Source of the DNA: Capsulimonadales bacterium | GTDB lineage: Bacteria; Armatimonadota; Armatimonadia; Armatimonadales; Armatimonadaceae | Length of the DNA: 64,000 nucleotides | NCBI GenBank assembly: GCA_033762295.1 | Contig: JANRLW010000051.1 | Coordinates: 1-64,000 of the forward strand | Direction of reading: 5' to 3' | Shown: positions 19,311-28,505 of the stretch, piece by piece | How positions within the stretch are numbered: the first letter of the stretch is position 1 | Layout: each line of letters starts with the position of its first letter | Notes under the pieces: model-generated | Databases searched by the model: none | Seen by the model: the letters and a program-made list of their open reading frames with translations, nothing else | What the model was told of the DNA's origin: nothing | Translations under genes and position numbers: made by a program

Positions 19311-20033
19311 ATGCGGACCCCCGAAGAGAAGGCCTTCTTCCTGCGCGAAGGTTATTTGCATGTCCCGGGCGTGCTGACGTCCGATTTGCTGGAGCAATTG
19401 CGTTCCGAATATGATCGGGTCTGGTCGGAGGGCAACGGCGTCCATGTCAACCAGCAGGAACTGCTCAGGCACCGTGCCTTTATCGACCTGATCGAATACC
19501 CGCCGATTCTGGAGCGGCACCGGGGGATTCTGGAGACGCAGGTCCAGTTGCTGCAGTACGATCTTCTGTATCAGGCTCCGGGCAGCGACTTTCCGCCGCG
19601 TGTCTGGCATCGTGATCTGGTGCACCCCGGCGACTTTCCCCTGTCGATCAATACCATTCTCTATCTCGACGACATGCCCCCCGAGCGTGGGCCGACGTAT
19701 GTGATTCCGGGTAGCCATCGTGGTTACGACCGTCCGCCGAAGGACCGGGTCTTCGATCCGCTGCCCGGCGAGACGCCGGTTCTCGCCGCCGCCGGGGACG
19801 CCGTTTTCATCAATTCGGCGATCTGGCATTCGGCGAGTCGGAACGTCAGCGACGGCGTTCGCCGGACGATCTACCTGTATTACGGCCACTGGTGGATGAA
19901 ACCGTACGAGGCGGATCAGGCGCGGCCCTGGCAGTGTCTGGTCGGGGCTTCGGAGCAGCGTCTGTGCCTTCTCGGGTACCGGATGCCGGATGGCGATCTG
20001 CATCAGTATCCGGGCGAGCCGGACGTCTGGTAG
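19311..20033 (+). CDS. Phytanoyl-CoA dioxygenase (PhyH) family protein
   Basis: FLREGYLHVPGVL, WHRD (HxD), GPTYVIPGSH, GDAVFIN...WH. Confidence 0.88.
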   Translation: MRTPEEKAFFLREGYLHVPGVLTSDLLEQLRSEYDRVWSEGNGVHVNQQELLRHRAFIDLIEYPPILERHRGILETQVQLLQYDLLYQAPGSDFPPRVWHRDLVHPGDFPLSINTILYLDDMPPERGPTYVIPGSHRGYDRPPKDRVFDPLPGETPVLAAAGDAVFINSAIWHSASRNVSDGVRRTIYLYYGHWWMKPYEADQARPWQCLVGASEQRLCLLGYRMPDGDLHQYPGEPDVW

Positions 20034-20043
20034 GGCTTCGGTG

Positions 20044-21030
20044 TCAGCGTTCGGTTCGTTTGCGTATGGCGGTCGGCGTCAGTCCGCTGGCGGTTTTGAG
20101 GACCCGTGCCAGGTAGGCGGCGTTACCGAAACCGGACCGCCGGGCGATCTCCTCGACCGGAATCCTTGTGGTCGCCAGGAGCATACGCGCCCGTTCCAGT
20201 CGCAGGTGGCGCAGATAGTTGCGCGGCGTACGTCCCATAGCGCGTGAAAAGACTTCGGTAAACCGGTCGGGGGAAAGGCAGACGGCGGCGGCCACCTGCT
20301 CGATGCGCAGCGGTCCGGCGAAATGAGTTTCCATGAACCGGAGAGCGTCGGCCACGGTCTCCTCTCGCGTATCGGCGGGACGGTCCCCTCTCGTGCCGGA
20401 CTCCGTGGTCTCGAAGCCGCGCGCGAGATGAGTCAACAGTCGCAGAAACAGGGCGCGGACGAGCAGGACGCCATCGGGCGTCCCCCGTCGCCACTCGGCG
20501 CGGAGTTCCGCGATTTCGGCGATGATCACCTCGTAGGCGACCGGCGTCAGATGCAGCCATCGTCGGTTGACGGCGGGTTGTTTTGCCGCTTCGCCGACGA
20601 ACAGCGCATGGAATCCGGGCAGGGTATTGAGAACGGCACGCTCCTCCGGGGTGAAGAGCCCGAGGGAAAAGTGGAGAGTATCGGCGGTCAGTTCCTCGGA
20701 GTCCCGGAACCAGTGCGTCATGCCCGGTCCCATCACATAGACATCGCCGCGCGCCACGGCGTAATCGGTCCCGTCGATCACGTGAATACCCCGACCGCTT
20801 CGAATCACGTAGAGCGAACAGAAATCCTCATGATGGTTGGCGACTCTTTGCGCATCCTCGCCGACGACGTCCCGTAGAATGACGATCGGCAGGGTGATGG
20901 CGGCGGAGGGAGATCGAACGTCGGTCAGATGCGCGAGCCGATGCGGTCGGAATTCGAGGGTCGGCGGAATGGTCGTCCTCGTGAGCGACAGGGGTTCCCG
21001 GTGTTTCGCCTCCGCCGTCGTCGCGCGCAT
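20044..21030 (-). CDS. AraC family transcriptional regulator with cupin sensor
   Basis: HHEDF...G.GIHVIDG cupin; C-terminal double HTH (LRLERARMLL...IARRSGFGN). Start approximate. Confidence 0.88.
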   Translation of the reverse strand: MRATTAEAKHREPLSLTRTTIPPTLEFRPHRLAHLTDVRSPSAAITLPIVILRDVVGEDAQRVANHHEDFCSLYVIRSGRGIHVIDGTDYAVARGDVYVMGPGMTHWFRDSEELTADTLHFSLGLFTPEERAVLNTLPGFHALFVGEAAKQPAVNRRWLHLTPVAYEVIIAEIAELRAEWRRGTPDGVLLVRALFLRLLTHLARGFETTESGTRGDRPADTREETVADALRFMETHFAGPLRIEQVAAAVCLSPDRFTEVFSRAMGRTPRNYLRHLRLERARMLLATTRIPVEEIARRSGFGNAAYLARVLKTASGLTPTAIRKRTER

Positions 21031-21085
21031 CTTCGCTATGGTATCACAATTTCCGTCCTTCGTTAAGGAAAGCATCGCGTGACGT

Positions 21086-22009
21086 TCAGTTTCGGCGGCG
21101 GCTGGCGAGGGCGACGGTGAGTGCGGCGATTCCGGTAGCGACGGCGGCGAGGGCGAGCGCCTTTCCGGGTTCGAGATTCGAACGGGACGCCTCCGCATTT
21201 CGCACGGGTCGAAAGAGCCGGGCGGTCATCCGTGCGGAGTTTTTCCGGGGAAGGAAGCGGGGGATTTGGACTACCCATTGATTCAGCGCTCCGACGACCG
21301 CGTGGGGGTGGTCCCCGTTCAGAGCGTCGATTCCCACACGGGCGACGTTTTCGGGCGTATCGTGCGGCAGGTTTTCGAAGCCTCCCCGGGTCAATCCGTC
21401 ACCGAAGTGTGTGGTGGTGCCTCCGGGACAGAGGGCGAGGATACGGACGGGGCTTCCGCACTCCTGCATTTCCGCCCAAAGCGCTTCGGAGAACGACTGG
21501 ACGAACGCTTTGGTAGCGGCATAGGTCGCCATGTAGGGGACGGGTTGGAAGGCGGCGGTCGAGCTGACGTTCAGGATAGCGCCGGATCCCCGTTCGACCA
21601 TTTCGGGCAGGTAAAGGCGGGTCAGGGCGGTGAGGGCGGCGATGTTGACCTGTACCATATCCCGTTCCTTTTCGGGCGTGAGGGTATGGAAGAACCCATG
21701 GGAGCCGAACCCGGCGTTATTGATCAGCAGGCCGATCGGCATTCCGAGACGATCGGTTTCGGCTTTAATTTTTTCGGGTGCATCCGGGTGGGAAAGATCG
21801 GCGGGCAGAACGACGATCGGGGCATCGGGGGGCATGGCGTATTTGATTCTCAGTTCCTTCGCCAGTTCCTCCAGTTCGTCCTGGGCTCGGGCGACCAGCA
21901 CCAGTCCGCCGATTCCTCGCGTCGCCAATTCTCGCACGAACGCGGCGCCGATCCCCCGTGACGCGCCCGTGACGAGAGCAATCCGACTTCGGTAGGGTAT
22001 TTCCATCAT
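21086..22009 (-). CDS. Short-chain dehydrogenase/reductase
   Basis: TGASRGIG, LINNAGFG, NVSS, YAATK. Confidence 0.92.
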   Translation of the reverse strand: MMEIPYRSRIALVTGASRGIGAAFVRELATRGIGGLVLVARAQDELEELAKELRIKYAMPPDAPIVVLPADLSHPDAPEKIKAETDRLGMPIGLLINNAGFGSHGFFHTLTPEKERDMVQVNIAALTALTRLYLPEMVERGSGAILNVSSTAAFQPVPYMATYAATKAFVQSFSEALWAEMQECGSPVRILALCPGGTTTHFGDGLTRGGFENLPHDTPENVARVGIDALNGDHPHAVVGALNQWVVQIPRFLPRKNSARMTARLFRPVRNAEASRSNLEPGKALALAAVATGIAALTVALASRRRN

Positions 22010-22096
22010 TGACTCCTTCCGTAAAGACCATCCGCATAAGGGACGTTTTCGACGGGGTCGGCGTTCCGGCGCGGCCTGTTTCGGCGCGGGGTTTTC

Positions 22097-22125
22097 TTGA
22101 CACTGTCAGTGAATTGTCGTATAGT
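22097..22125 (+). promoter_or_regulatory. Consensus-like sigma70 promoter of tRNA-Val
   Basis: TTGACA-17 nt-TATAGT, 13 nt upstream of the tRNA. Confidence 0.85.
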
Positions 22126-22138
22126 AGTGCGTCTTTTC

Positions 22139-22210
22139 GGGCGGTTGGCTCAGAGGTAGAGCGCTTCCTTGACACGGAAGAGGTCACAGGTTCAATTCCT
22201 GTACCGCCCA
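22139..22210 (+). tRNA. tRNA-Val(GAC), CCA not encoded
   Basis: Acceptor GGGCGGT/ACCGCCC, D arm GCTC-AGAGGTA-GAGC, anticodon arm CTTCC-TTGACAC-GGAAG, T arm ACAGG-TTCAATT-CCTGT. Confidence 0.96.
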
Positions 22211-22369
22211 TTTTCTATCGAGTTACTGCGACCTCTCGATAGATATTGATAACCCTTGATAGGGTGTTTGGCGTCTCGGCTGCCCTTCTTTCGACGAAAA
22301 TGAAGGGCAAAATGCAAAATGGACCGCTTCCTTTCGCAAAATCGAATGCCGCGATTTTGACCTCCGACC

Positions 22370-22709
22370 TCGCCCCACGATCCAGCGCCTCCAAAAAGAA
22401 CCGTCGGAACATGGCCATCTTGCGATTTACCGTAGCGATGGCGCAGGGACGCGTTTTTGTCTCCGGTGCGGCGACCAACACCCCAAGAAGCGATGAGCGA
22501 AAGGCGTGCAGATGATTCCTGGTAACAGCGGGAAGCGTCAATCCCCAGGCAGACGGAATAGTGAGCCGTTCGGCAAGATCGCTGGCATAGGCGCTGCGGG
22601 TGCGCTCCGACAACTGGCCCGCCACCAGGGCATCGGCCAAGCTGTCGGCATTGGTCACAGGAGCGAACCGGGCGGGAAGGGGAGGCGATGCGTGCGATAC
22701 CAGACTCAT
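22370..22709 (-). pseudogene. Truncated tyrosine recombinase/integrase (N-terminal core-binding domain only)
   Basis: LSERTRSAYASDL...HLHAFR...ATVNRKMAMFRRFF resembles the XerC/D-type N-terminal domain; no catalytic R-H-R-Y domain follows. Confidence 0.65.
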
Positions 22710-22747
22710 GCCATCCTCAGCAGGACCCTGTTGTGAAACCAGTTTTG

Positions 22748-23170
22748 TTATGGAATCTTCTCCACCCAGAGTATCACCGAAACCAGCGGGCTCGTTTGAA
22801 GCGCATTGTAGAGTTTCTCATCCGCAGTGACCATCTGGGTTTTCTCCCGGATGGCAAGTGCCAGATAGAGGCTGTCGTATACCGTGCGTCCAGCGTGACA
22901 GGCAATGGTTAGCGCCACCGTCACCAGGGGCCAGGAAGGAGAAACTTCGAGCGGCAAACTTCCCAGCGTTTGAAGAATCGTGTCCGCTTCGGTCGCCGTG
23001 ATATCGTTCCGTTGAACGCGCTTCCGGAGGATGTTGCCCACCTCGGGAAAAAGCAGATCGGGAACCAGCAGGGCATGCCCGCCAGTGAGCAGCCGTCTTG
23101 CATGCATGTCATGGACTTCAGGCAGGAACCACTTTATGGCGACACTGGCATCGACGACAAAGCGACTCAT
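22748..23170 (-). CDS. vapC: PIN-domain (VapC/FitB-like) toxin
   Basis: VVDASVAIKW, EVGNIL, TVYDSLYLALA, VTADEKL acidic PIN motifs; 4-nt overlap with antitoxin. Confidence 0.92.
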   Translation of the reverse strand: MSRFVVDASVAIKWFLPEVHDMHARRLLTGGHALLVPDLLFPEVGNILRKRVQRNDITATEADTILQTLGSLPLEVSPSWPLVTVALTIACHAGRTVYDSLYLALAIREKTQMVTADEKLYNALQTSPLVSVILWVEKIP

Positions 23171-23409
23171 CGCTCGCGGTCCTCGCGTAAGAGTTCCGTA
23201 CTGTCGCTCAGGCGTCGTCCAGCGAACATCGCCTGAACGCGCTCCAGAGTCGCCTGGATATCGTTTTCCTCATCCTGGTCGTCGGTAGCGGCTTGCTCCA
23301 GCACGAGTCGAAGCTCGGCTTCCAGCGAGCGATGATTCTTTCGCGCACGGCGTTTGAGTTTCTCCAGAATCACACTATCCACATCGCGGACCAGAACCTG
23401 AGACATCAT
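23167..23409 (-). CDS. FitA-like ribbon-helix-helix antitoxin
   Basis: QVLVRDVD...LKRRARKNHRSLEAELRLVL, C-terminal DSTELLREDR; AAGGAGGT RBS. Confidence 0.9.
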   Translation of the reverse strand: MMSQVLVRDVDSVILEKLKRRARKNHRSLEAELRLVLEQAATDDQDEENDIQATLERVQAMFAGRRLSDSTELLREDRER

Positions 23410-23423
23410 CTTTACCTCCTTAA

Positions 23424-23449
23424 TGCTATTGCTATCATAATGATAGCAA
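23424..23449. promoter_or_regulatory. Antitoxin operator palindrome
   Basis: TTGCTATCAT-A-ATGATAGCAA just upstream of the antitoxin RBS, plus a degenerate TGCTATTG half-site. Confidence 0.75.
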
Positions 23450-23517
23450 ACCAGGAGGAAAGCGTCAACGACGCAAACTCCACACGCGGGAATTCAAGAT
23501 CACTCACCGCATGGCGG

Positions 23518-23697
23518 GTGGTGGAGAGCTTTTTCGGAAGCCTGAAGCGGGAGTTAGTTCACCGAACGACGTTCTCCACGCGTCAGGAAGCTCGGTGCGC
23601 GTTGTTCGATTGGATCGAGATTTGGTACAACCGGGAGCGTCGACATTCGTCTTTGGGGAACGTTAGCCCGGAGGTGTTCGAGCGTCGGTATTGGTAG
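23518..23697 (+). mobile_element. IS3-family transposase C-terminal remnant
   Basis: VESFFGSLKREL...EAR..LFDWIEIWYNRERRHSSLGNVSP is the IS3 rve C-terminal signature; upstream part absent. Confidence 0.85.
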
Positions 23698-23906
23698 CAA
23701 GTGGAAGCAGGAAAGGGAGAGCAACGGCTGGCGATGGCGTGTTGATCGACTGTACGTGAAACCGGTCCCCATTCGCCGGTTCCCGTTTCATAGGGTAATG
23801 TATTCTCGAATCGGAGGAAGTCCGAAGGCCGCCCACGCGGCCTCCCGATCGGAAAACCTCCTTTGCCGATTCGGGCGACTGACGAGAGAAAGGCAGACAC
23901 CACACT

Positions 23907-25742
23907 ATGTGCGGCATTACCGGGTACGTCGGACCACGCCCCGGCGTTCGTACCGTCGTCGATATGCTCCGTCGCCTGGAGTACCGCGGGTACGACTCCG
24001 CCGGGGTGGCGATCGCGCGAGAGAGCGAGGTGGAAGTCATCAAGGCGGCCGGAAAGCTGGCCGTCCTCGAAAACCTCCTTCAGGATCACTGGGACAAGCC
24101 GGGAACGGCCATTGCCCATACCCGCTGGGCGACCCACGGCGGACCGACCACCCCGAACGCTCATCCTCACTACTCCAACGACGGACGGATCGCCCTGATC
24201 CATAACGGGATCATCGAGAACTACCAGGAACTCAAGGCGGAACTCGTGACCGAGGGGTTCGTTTTTACCTCCGATACCGATACCGAGGTAATGGTCCATC
24301 TGGTCGACCGGGCGTTTCGCACGACCCGCCGCATGGAACAGGCGGTGCGCGACGCCCTCAAACCGGTGCGCGGAGCCTACTCCCTCGTCGTCGTTTCGAC
24401 CCACGAACCGGAAACCCTTTACTGCACGAAGACCGCCTCTCCGCTGATTCTCGGACTCGGCCAGGACGAGAACTTCCTGGCCTCCGATATTCCCGCCCTG
24501 ATGCGCCATACCCGCCGGGTAATCGTGCTGGAAGACGGCGATTTCGCCGTCGTCACCCGCCAGACCGTCCGGCTCTCGGCGTCGGACGGCGCACCGGTGC
24601 GCCGTTCGGAGTTTTTCGTCTCCTGGGATGAACAGACCGCCGAGAAGGGCGGTTTCCCGCATTATATGCTGAAGGAGATCCATGAACAGCCGCGTGCCCT
24701 CGCCGATACGTTCCGCGGACGGATCACCGGCGACGACCGGGTACGCCTGACCGAACTCGATGGCTTCAAGCCGGAGCAGTGGGCCGCATTCCGACAGATC
24801 CATATCCTCGGGTGCGGAACCGCATACCATGCGGGCGTCGTCGCAAAGCGATTCTTCGAAAACGTCGTCCGGCGTCCGGTCGAGGTTTCCGTTGCCTCCG
24901 AGTACCGCTATTCCGATCCGCTCGCCGGTCCTGATACGCTCTGTATCGCCGTTTCCCAGTCCGGCGAATCGGTGGATACGCTGATGGCTCTGCGAGAGGC
25001 GAAACAGCGCGGCGCCACCGTGCTGAGCGTGGTCAATGTGATGGGATCGGCCATCGCGCGGGAGTCCCACGCAACCCTCTATACCCAGGCCGGACCGGAA
25101 ATCTCCGTCTGCTCCACCAAAGCATACGTCACCCAGGTCGCGGTGCTCTACCTGATCGGCCTGCATCTCGCCCATGCGCTCGGACGGATCGATACCCCGA
25201 CACAACAGGCGTTCGTCCGCGATCTGCTGGTTCTTCCGGATGCGGTCGAGTCCGTCATCGGCAATGCGCTGCTGGTCGAAAACCTGGCGGCAAGTCTGGC
25301 GGAGCGTTCGGTTTTCTTCTATCTCGGGCGGGGGTACGATTTCGCGGTCTCGCTGGAAGCGGCACTGAAAATGAAGGAGATCTCCTACCTGCATGCCGAG
25401 GCCTACGCGGGCGGGGAGATGAAACATGGCCCACTGGCGCTCGTGGAACCGGGCGTCGTCGTACTCTGTCTCGCGACCCAGCCGCTTCTGTTCGAGAAGA
25501 TGCTTTCCAATATCCGGGAGGTGGCCGCGCGCGGCGGTCAGGTCGTCGCGGTCGTCCCGAAGGGAGAGCATCGCGCGGATGCCGTCGCGGATCATATCCT
25601 CCACATTCCGCCGGTCCGGGCGGAATTCGCGCCAATCGTCGCCGTAGTGCCGCTCCAGCTACTCGCCTATCTGGTCGCCCGCGCCCGCGGTTGCGAGATC
25701 GATCAGCCACGCAATCTCGCGAAATCCGTCACCGTAGAGTGA
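23907..25742 (+). CDS. glmS: Glutamine--fructose-6-phosphate aminotransferase
   Basis: MCGI, LEYRGYDSAG, HTRWATHG, SQSGE, DQPRNLAKSVTVE. Confidence 0.98.
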   Translation: MCGITGYVGPRPGVRTVVDMLRRLEYRGYDSAGVAIARESEVEVIKAAGKLAVLENLLQDHWDKPGTAIAHTRWATHGGPTTPNAHPHYSNDGRIALIHNGIIENYQELKAELVTEGFVFTSDTDTEVMVHLVDRAFRTTRRMEQAVRDALKPVRGAYSLVVVSTHEPETLYCTKTASPLILGLGQDENFLASDIPALMRHTRRVIVLEDGDFAVVTRQTVRLSASDGAPVRRSEFFVSWDEQTAEKGGFPHYMLKEIHEQPRALADTFRGRITGDDRVRLTELDGFKPEQWAAFRQIHILGCGTAYHAGVVAKRFFENVVRRPVEVSVASEYRYSDPLAGPDTLCIAVSQSGESVDTLMALREAKQRGATVLSVVNVMGSAIARESHATLYTQAGPEISVCSTKAYVTQVAVLYLIGLHLAHALGRIDTPTQQAFVRDLLVLPDAVESVIGNALLVENLAASLAERSVFFYLGRGYDFAVSLEAALKMKEISYLHAEAYAGGEMKHGPLALVEPGVVVLCLATQPLLFEKMLSNIREVAARGGQVVAVVPKGEHRADAVADHILHIPPVRAEFAPIVAVVPLQLLAYLVARARGCEIDQPRNLAKSVTVE

Positions 25743-25767
25743 CCGACCGGGCCGGGTGAGATCAGGT

Positions 25768-26163
25768 CTAGATTCGGAGAAAGAACATGACGCGGGTGAC
25801 CGTATGCTGCCCGACGAAGAAGGGCGAATCGTCCACCCGAAAGAGTCGGACGGTCTCGGTCAGGCACCCGGCGGGCGGCGCGTTCGAACCCGCCGAGTCC
25901 ATTTCGGGGGAGTCCAGCCGAAGCAGAACCCGGTAGGCCGCCGCCGTCAACGAGTCCGGCCACCGCTCCGCCGATGTCGGGTCGGCCACCGGGAGGCACT
26001 CCGGCAGCAAATCCTTGCCCAGGAGACGCCGCCACTCGCGTGTCTCCGGCCGATCAAAATACCCCGAGGCCTTCGCCCAATCGAGGACGCCCTTAGGGAG
26101 GCTCACCCGACGGAGTTCCCGGCCTCTGGGCGAGCGCAGAAGAAAAGTCTGGTCCCAATCCAC
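25768..26163 (-). CDS. Hypothetical protein
   Basis: 131 aa ORF filling the gap after glmS; no recognised motif. Confidence 0.45.
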   Translation of the reverse strand: MDWDQTFLLRSPRGRELRRVSLPKGVLDWAKASGYFDRPETREWRRLLGKDLLPECLPVADPTSAERWPDSLTAAAYRVLLRLDSPEMDSAGSNAPPAGCLTETVRLFRVDDSPFFVGQHTVTRVMFFLRI

Positions 26164-26315
26164 GTTCGACGCCCATCATCCCGTTACAAGTGTCGATGTG
26201 ACAGGTCAATGTCACAACGCGAAGTTACCGAAAGATCGCCACTTTGTTATATTTTTATATTTGAGGATTGGGATAACCTCCCTGCCGGAGATGCGTTTTT
26301 TCGTTCGATGAACGG

Positions 26316-27020
26316 TCAGGGCGATGCCGTTCGACGGTAGAGAGGATAGTCGGGAATCAGCAGATGCCGCGGGGGAGCGTCCTCCTCGATGGCCGGAAAT
26401 CGCCCCGCCCCCTCCGGAAAGTAGTTGTCGATACGGTCGTCATTCACCCGGCTGACCTCTCCCACCAGCACCGTTCCCGCACCGGGCTTGCCCCGGAACC
26501 GGTGAAACAGACGCTGCGGCAGGCAGACGGATTCGCCCGGTTCCAGCAGGATCGTGCCGCCCGCCGGCACCTCACGCGGGATACCGTCCATCCATACCTC
26601 CACCGGCGTGTCCGGGTCCACGCCGTCCTCGGCGGTCGAGCGCCAGAGTCGCACCTCCAGAACGCCGCCTCCCCGATTGATGATGTCCTCCATCTTCCGA
26701 TAGTGGAAGTGTGTCGGTGTCACCTGACCGGGCTCGACCATCAGGACCTTCTCCGCATAGACCTTGCCCGTCGGACGGTCCATGTCCGCCGGAGTACCGT
26801 TGCGCATCGTGAACAGGAAAAGTCCGACCCTGGCGAAGTCGCCGGAACCGAAGTCGGTTATATCCCAGCCCAGTTGCTGCTCGACGATGGTGTCGACGCG
26901 ATGGGCGTTCGCCACCCACTGTTCGGGCGACCAGTAAGCGAAGGGCGGGAGCGCAAACCGGCGTTCCGCCAGAAAGTCTTTCGCCCGTTCCATGATCTGA
27001 TTGATCTCGGATCGTTTCAT
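26316..27020 (-). CDS. D-lyxose/D-mannose family sugar isomerase (cupin)
   Basis: MKRSEIN, LGWDITDFG, LFTMRNG, YAEK, TPTHFH.KMEDIINRGGG, GEVSRVNDD; GAAGGGGG RBS. Confidence 0.9.
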   Translation of the reverse strand: MKRSEINQIMERAKDFLAERRFALPPFAYWSPEQWVANAHRVDTIVEQQLGWDITDFGSGDFARVGLFLFTMRNGTPADMDRPTGKVYAEKVLMVEPGQVTPTHFHYRKMEDIINRGGGVLEVRLWRSTAEDGVDPDTPVEVWMDGIPREVPAGGTILLEPGESVCLPQRLFHRFRGKPGAGTVLVGEVSRVNDDRIDNYFPEGAGRFPAIEEDAPPRHLLIPDYPLYRRTASP

Positions 27021-27163
27021 CGTTCCCCCTTCGGATGAGAAAGTCCGCCGTTCCGGACCGATATCCGGGTTCCATGCTATACTCTTATCATTATGAATCG
27101 GCGTCCGGTGAGCGTTCCTTGCCTGACGCTCCGACAGGGATTGTCGGAAAGGATCTGACCTCG

Positions 27164-28351
27164 ATGCTCTTCCTCCGGATATTGCCCCTTGTGCCGTTGC
27201 TTTCCACCGTCGGTCTGTCCTGCGGGATCGTCGACGTTTCCGCGACGCCGGTCCCTGCGAACGCCGTCTCCGAAAAAGGGTCCCTCGCCGAAACCGTGCC
27301 ACTCCGAAAGACATTCGAAGGAAAATTCCGGATCGGGACCATTCTCAGTAACGCCGCGCTTCAGGGAAGAGACGCCCTGGATGTTTCGCTCGCCGAGACG
27401 CACTTCAGCGCCATCACCCCGGAAAACGCCCTCAAGCCGGACGCCGTCCAGCCGTCCGAGGGTCGTTTCACCTTCGAACAGGGAGACCGCCTGGTGGAAA
27501 TCGCGGCGAAGACCGGTGCGACCGCCGTCGGACACTGTCTGGTCTGGCATCAACAGACCCCCCGCTGGTTCTTCGAGGGCGCGAACGGTCAGCCGCTCAC
27601 GCGCGAAGTCGCCCTGGCGCGGCTGCGCAAACATATTTCGACCGTGGTCGGTCGTTACAAAGGTAAGATAAAAGAATGGGATGTGGTGAACGAGGCGATC
27701 CAGGATGGCCCCGGCACTCTGCGTCCTTCCCCCTGGCTTAAAGCGATCGGCGAGGACTATATCGCCGAAGCGTTCCGCGCCGCGCATGAGGCGGACCCGG
27801 AGGCTCTCCTTATCTATAACGACTATAATATCGAACTGCCCTACAAGCGTCCCAAGACCATCGAGTTCCTGAAATCCCTGCTGGCAAAGAAAGTGCCGAT
27901 CCATGCCGTGGGTATACAGTGCCACTGGCGCATGGAGAACCCTCCGATCGCCGAGACGGAGGCGGCGATTCGGGAGTATGCCGCTCTGGGCCTGAAGGTC
28001 ATGATCACCGAACTCGATATCGGCGTCCTGCCGACGAAGTATCAGGGAGCGGATATCTCGACCGTCGAGAACATGACAGCGGAGCAGGAGGCGGTTCTCA
28101 ACCCGTACACGAAAGGTCTTCCGGAGGCCGTTGCCCGACAGCAGGCCGAGCGTTACCGGCAGGCCTTCGAAATGTTCCTTCGTCACCGGGATAAGATCGG
28201 GCGCGTGACTTTCTGGGGGTCGCGCGACAGCCAGTCGTGGCTGAACAACTTCCCGATCCGGGGTCGTACCGACTATCCGTTGCTTTTCGATCGGGCGGGT
28301 CAGCCCAAACCGGCGTTTTCCGCCATCGTCGAAGCGGTCTCCAACCGCTGA
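27164..28351 (+). CDS. Endo-1,4-beta-xylanase (GH10), exported
   Basis: TPENALK, GHCLVWHQQ, WDVVNEA (acid/base), YNDYN, ITELDI (nucleophile), TFWG. Confidence 0.93.
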   Translation: MLFLRILPLVPLLSTVGLSCGIVDVSATPVPANAVSEKGSLAETVPLRKTFEGKFRIGTILSNAALQGRDALDVSLAETHFSAITPENALKPDAVQPSEGRFTFEQGDRLVEIAAKTGATAVGHCLVWHQQTPRWFFEGANGQPLTREVALARLRKHISTVVGRYKGKIKEWDVVNEAIQDGPGTLRPSPWLKAIGEDYIAEAFRAAHEADPEALLIYNDYNIELPYKRPKTIEFLKSLLAKKVPIHAVGIQCHWRMENPPIAETEAAIREYAALGLKVMITELDIGVLPTKYQGADISTVENMTAEQEAVLNPYTKGLPEAVARQQAERYRQAFEMFLRHRDKIGRVTFWGSRDSQSWLNNFPIRGRTDYPLLFDRAGQPKPAFSAIVEAVSNR

Positions 28352-28362
28352 CCCCGGCAGAA

Positions 28363-28390
28363 CCGGTGGAAACGACCTCGTTTCCACCGG
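28363..28390 (+). terminator. Hairpin after the xylanase
   Basis: CCGGTGGAAACGA-cc-TCGTTTCCACCGG. Confidence 0.55.
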
Positions 28391-28397
28391 CCCGAAT

Positions 28398-28438
28398 CCG
28401 AGGAACATAAATAAATACGGTTGCTTTATGTTCCTCGG
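28398..28438. promoter_or_regulatory. AT-rich inverted repeat upstream of the regulator
   Basis: CCGAGGAACATAAA-13 nt-TTTATGTTCCTCGG, perfect 14-bp arms. Confidence 0.45.
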
Positions 28439-28505
28439 TCAATCGCATTAACCGATTAACGGCATTGAAAAGTAATTTTCCAACGGCGGCAGGTGTATCC
28501 TTTCA

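Noticed and set aside
23472..23502. Possible IS3 terminal repeat ending TCAAGATCA
   Set aside because: No matching partner repeat identified; too weak to call.
23760..23906. glmS ribozyme
   Set aside because: The conserved AGCGCC...GACGAGG core was not found; only a generic hairpin.
23583..25604. 673-aa minus-strand ORF and similar long antisense ORFs (e.g. 33311-35584, 45516-47177, 16839-18371, 27077-28408)
   Set aside because: Shadow frames opposite well-supported genes, expected from high-GC codon bias.
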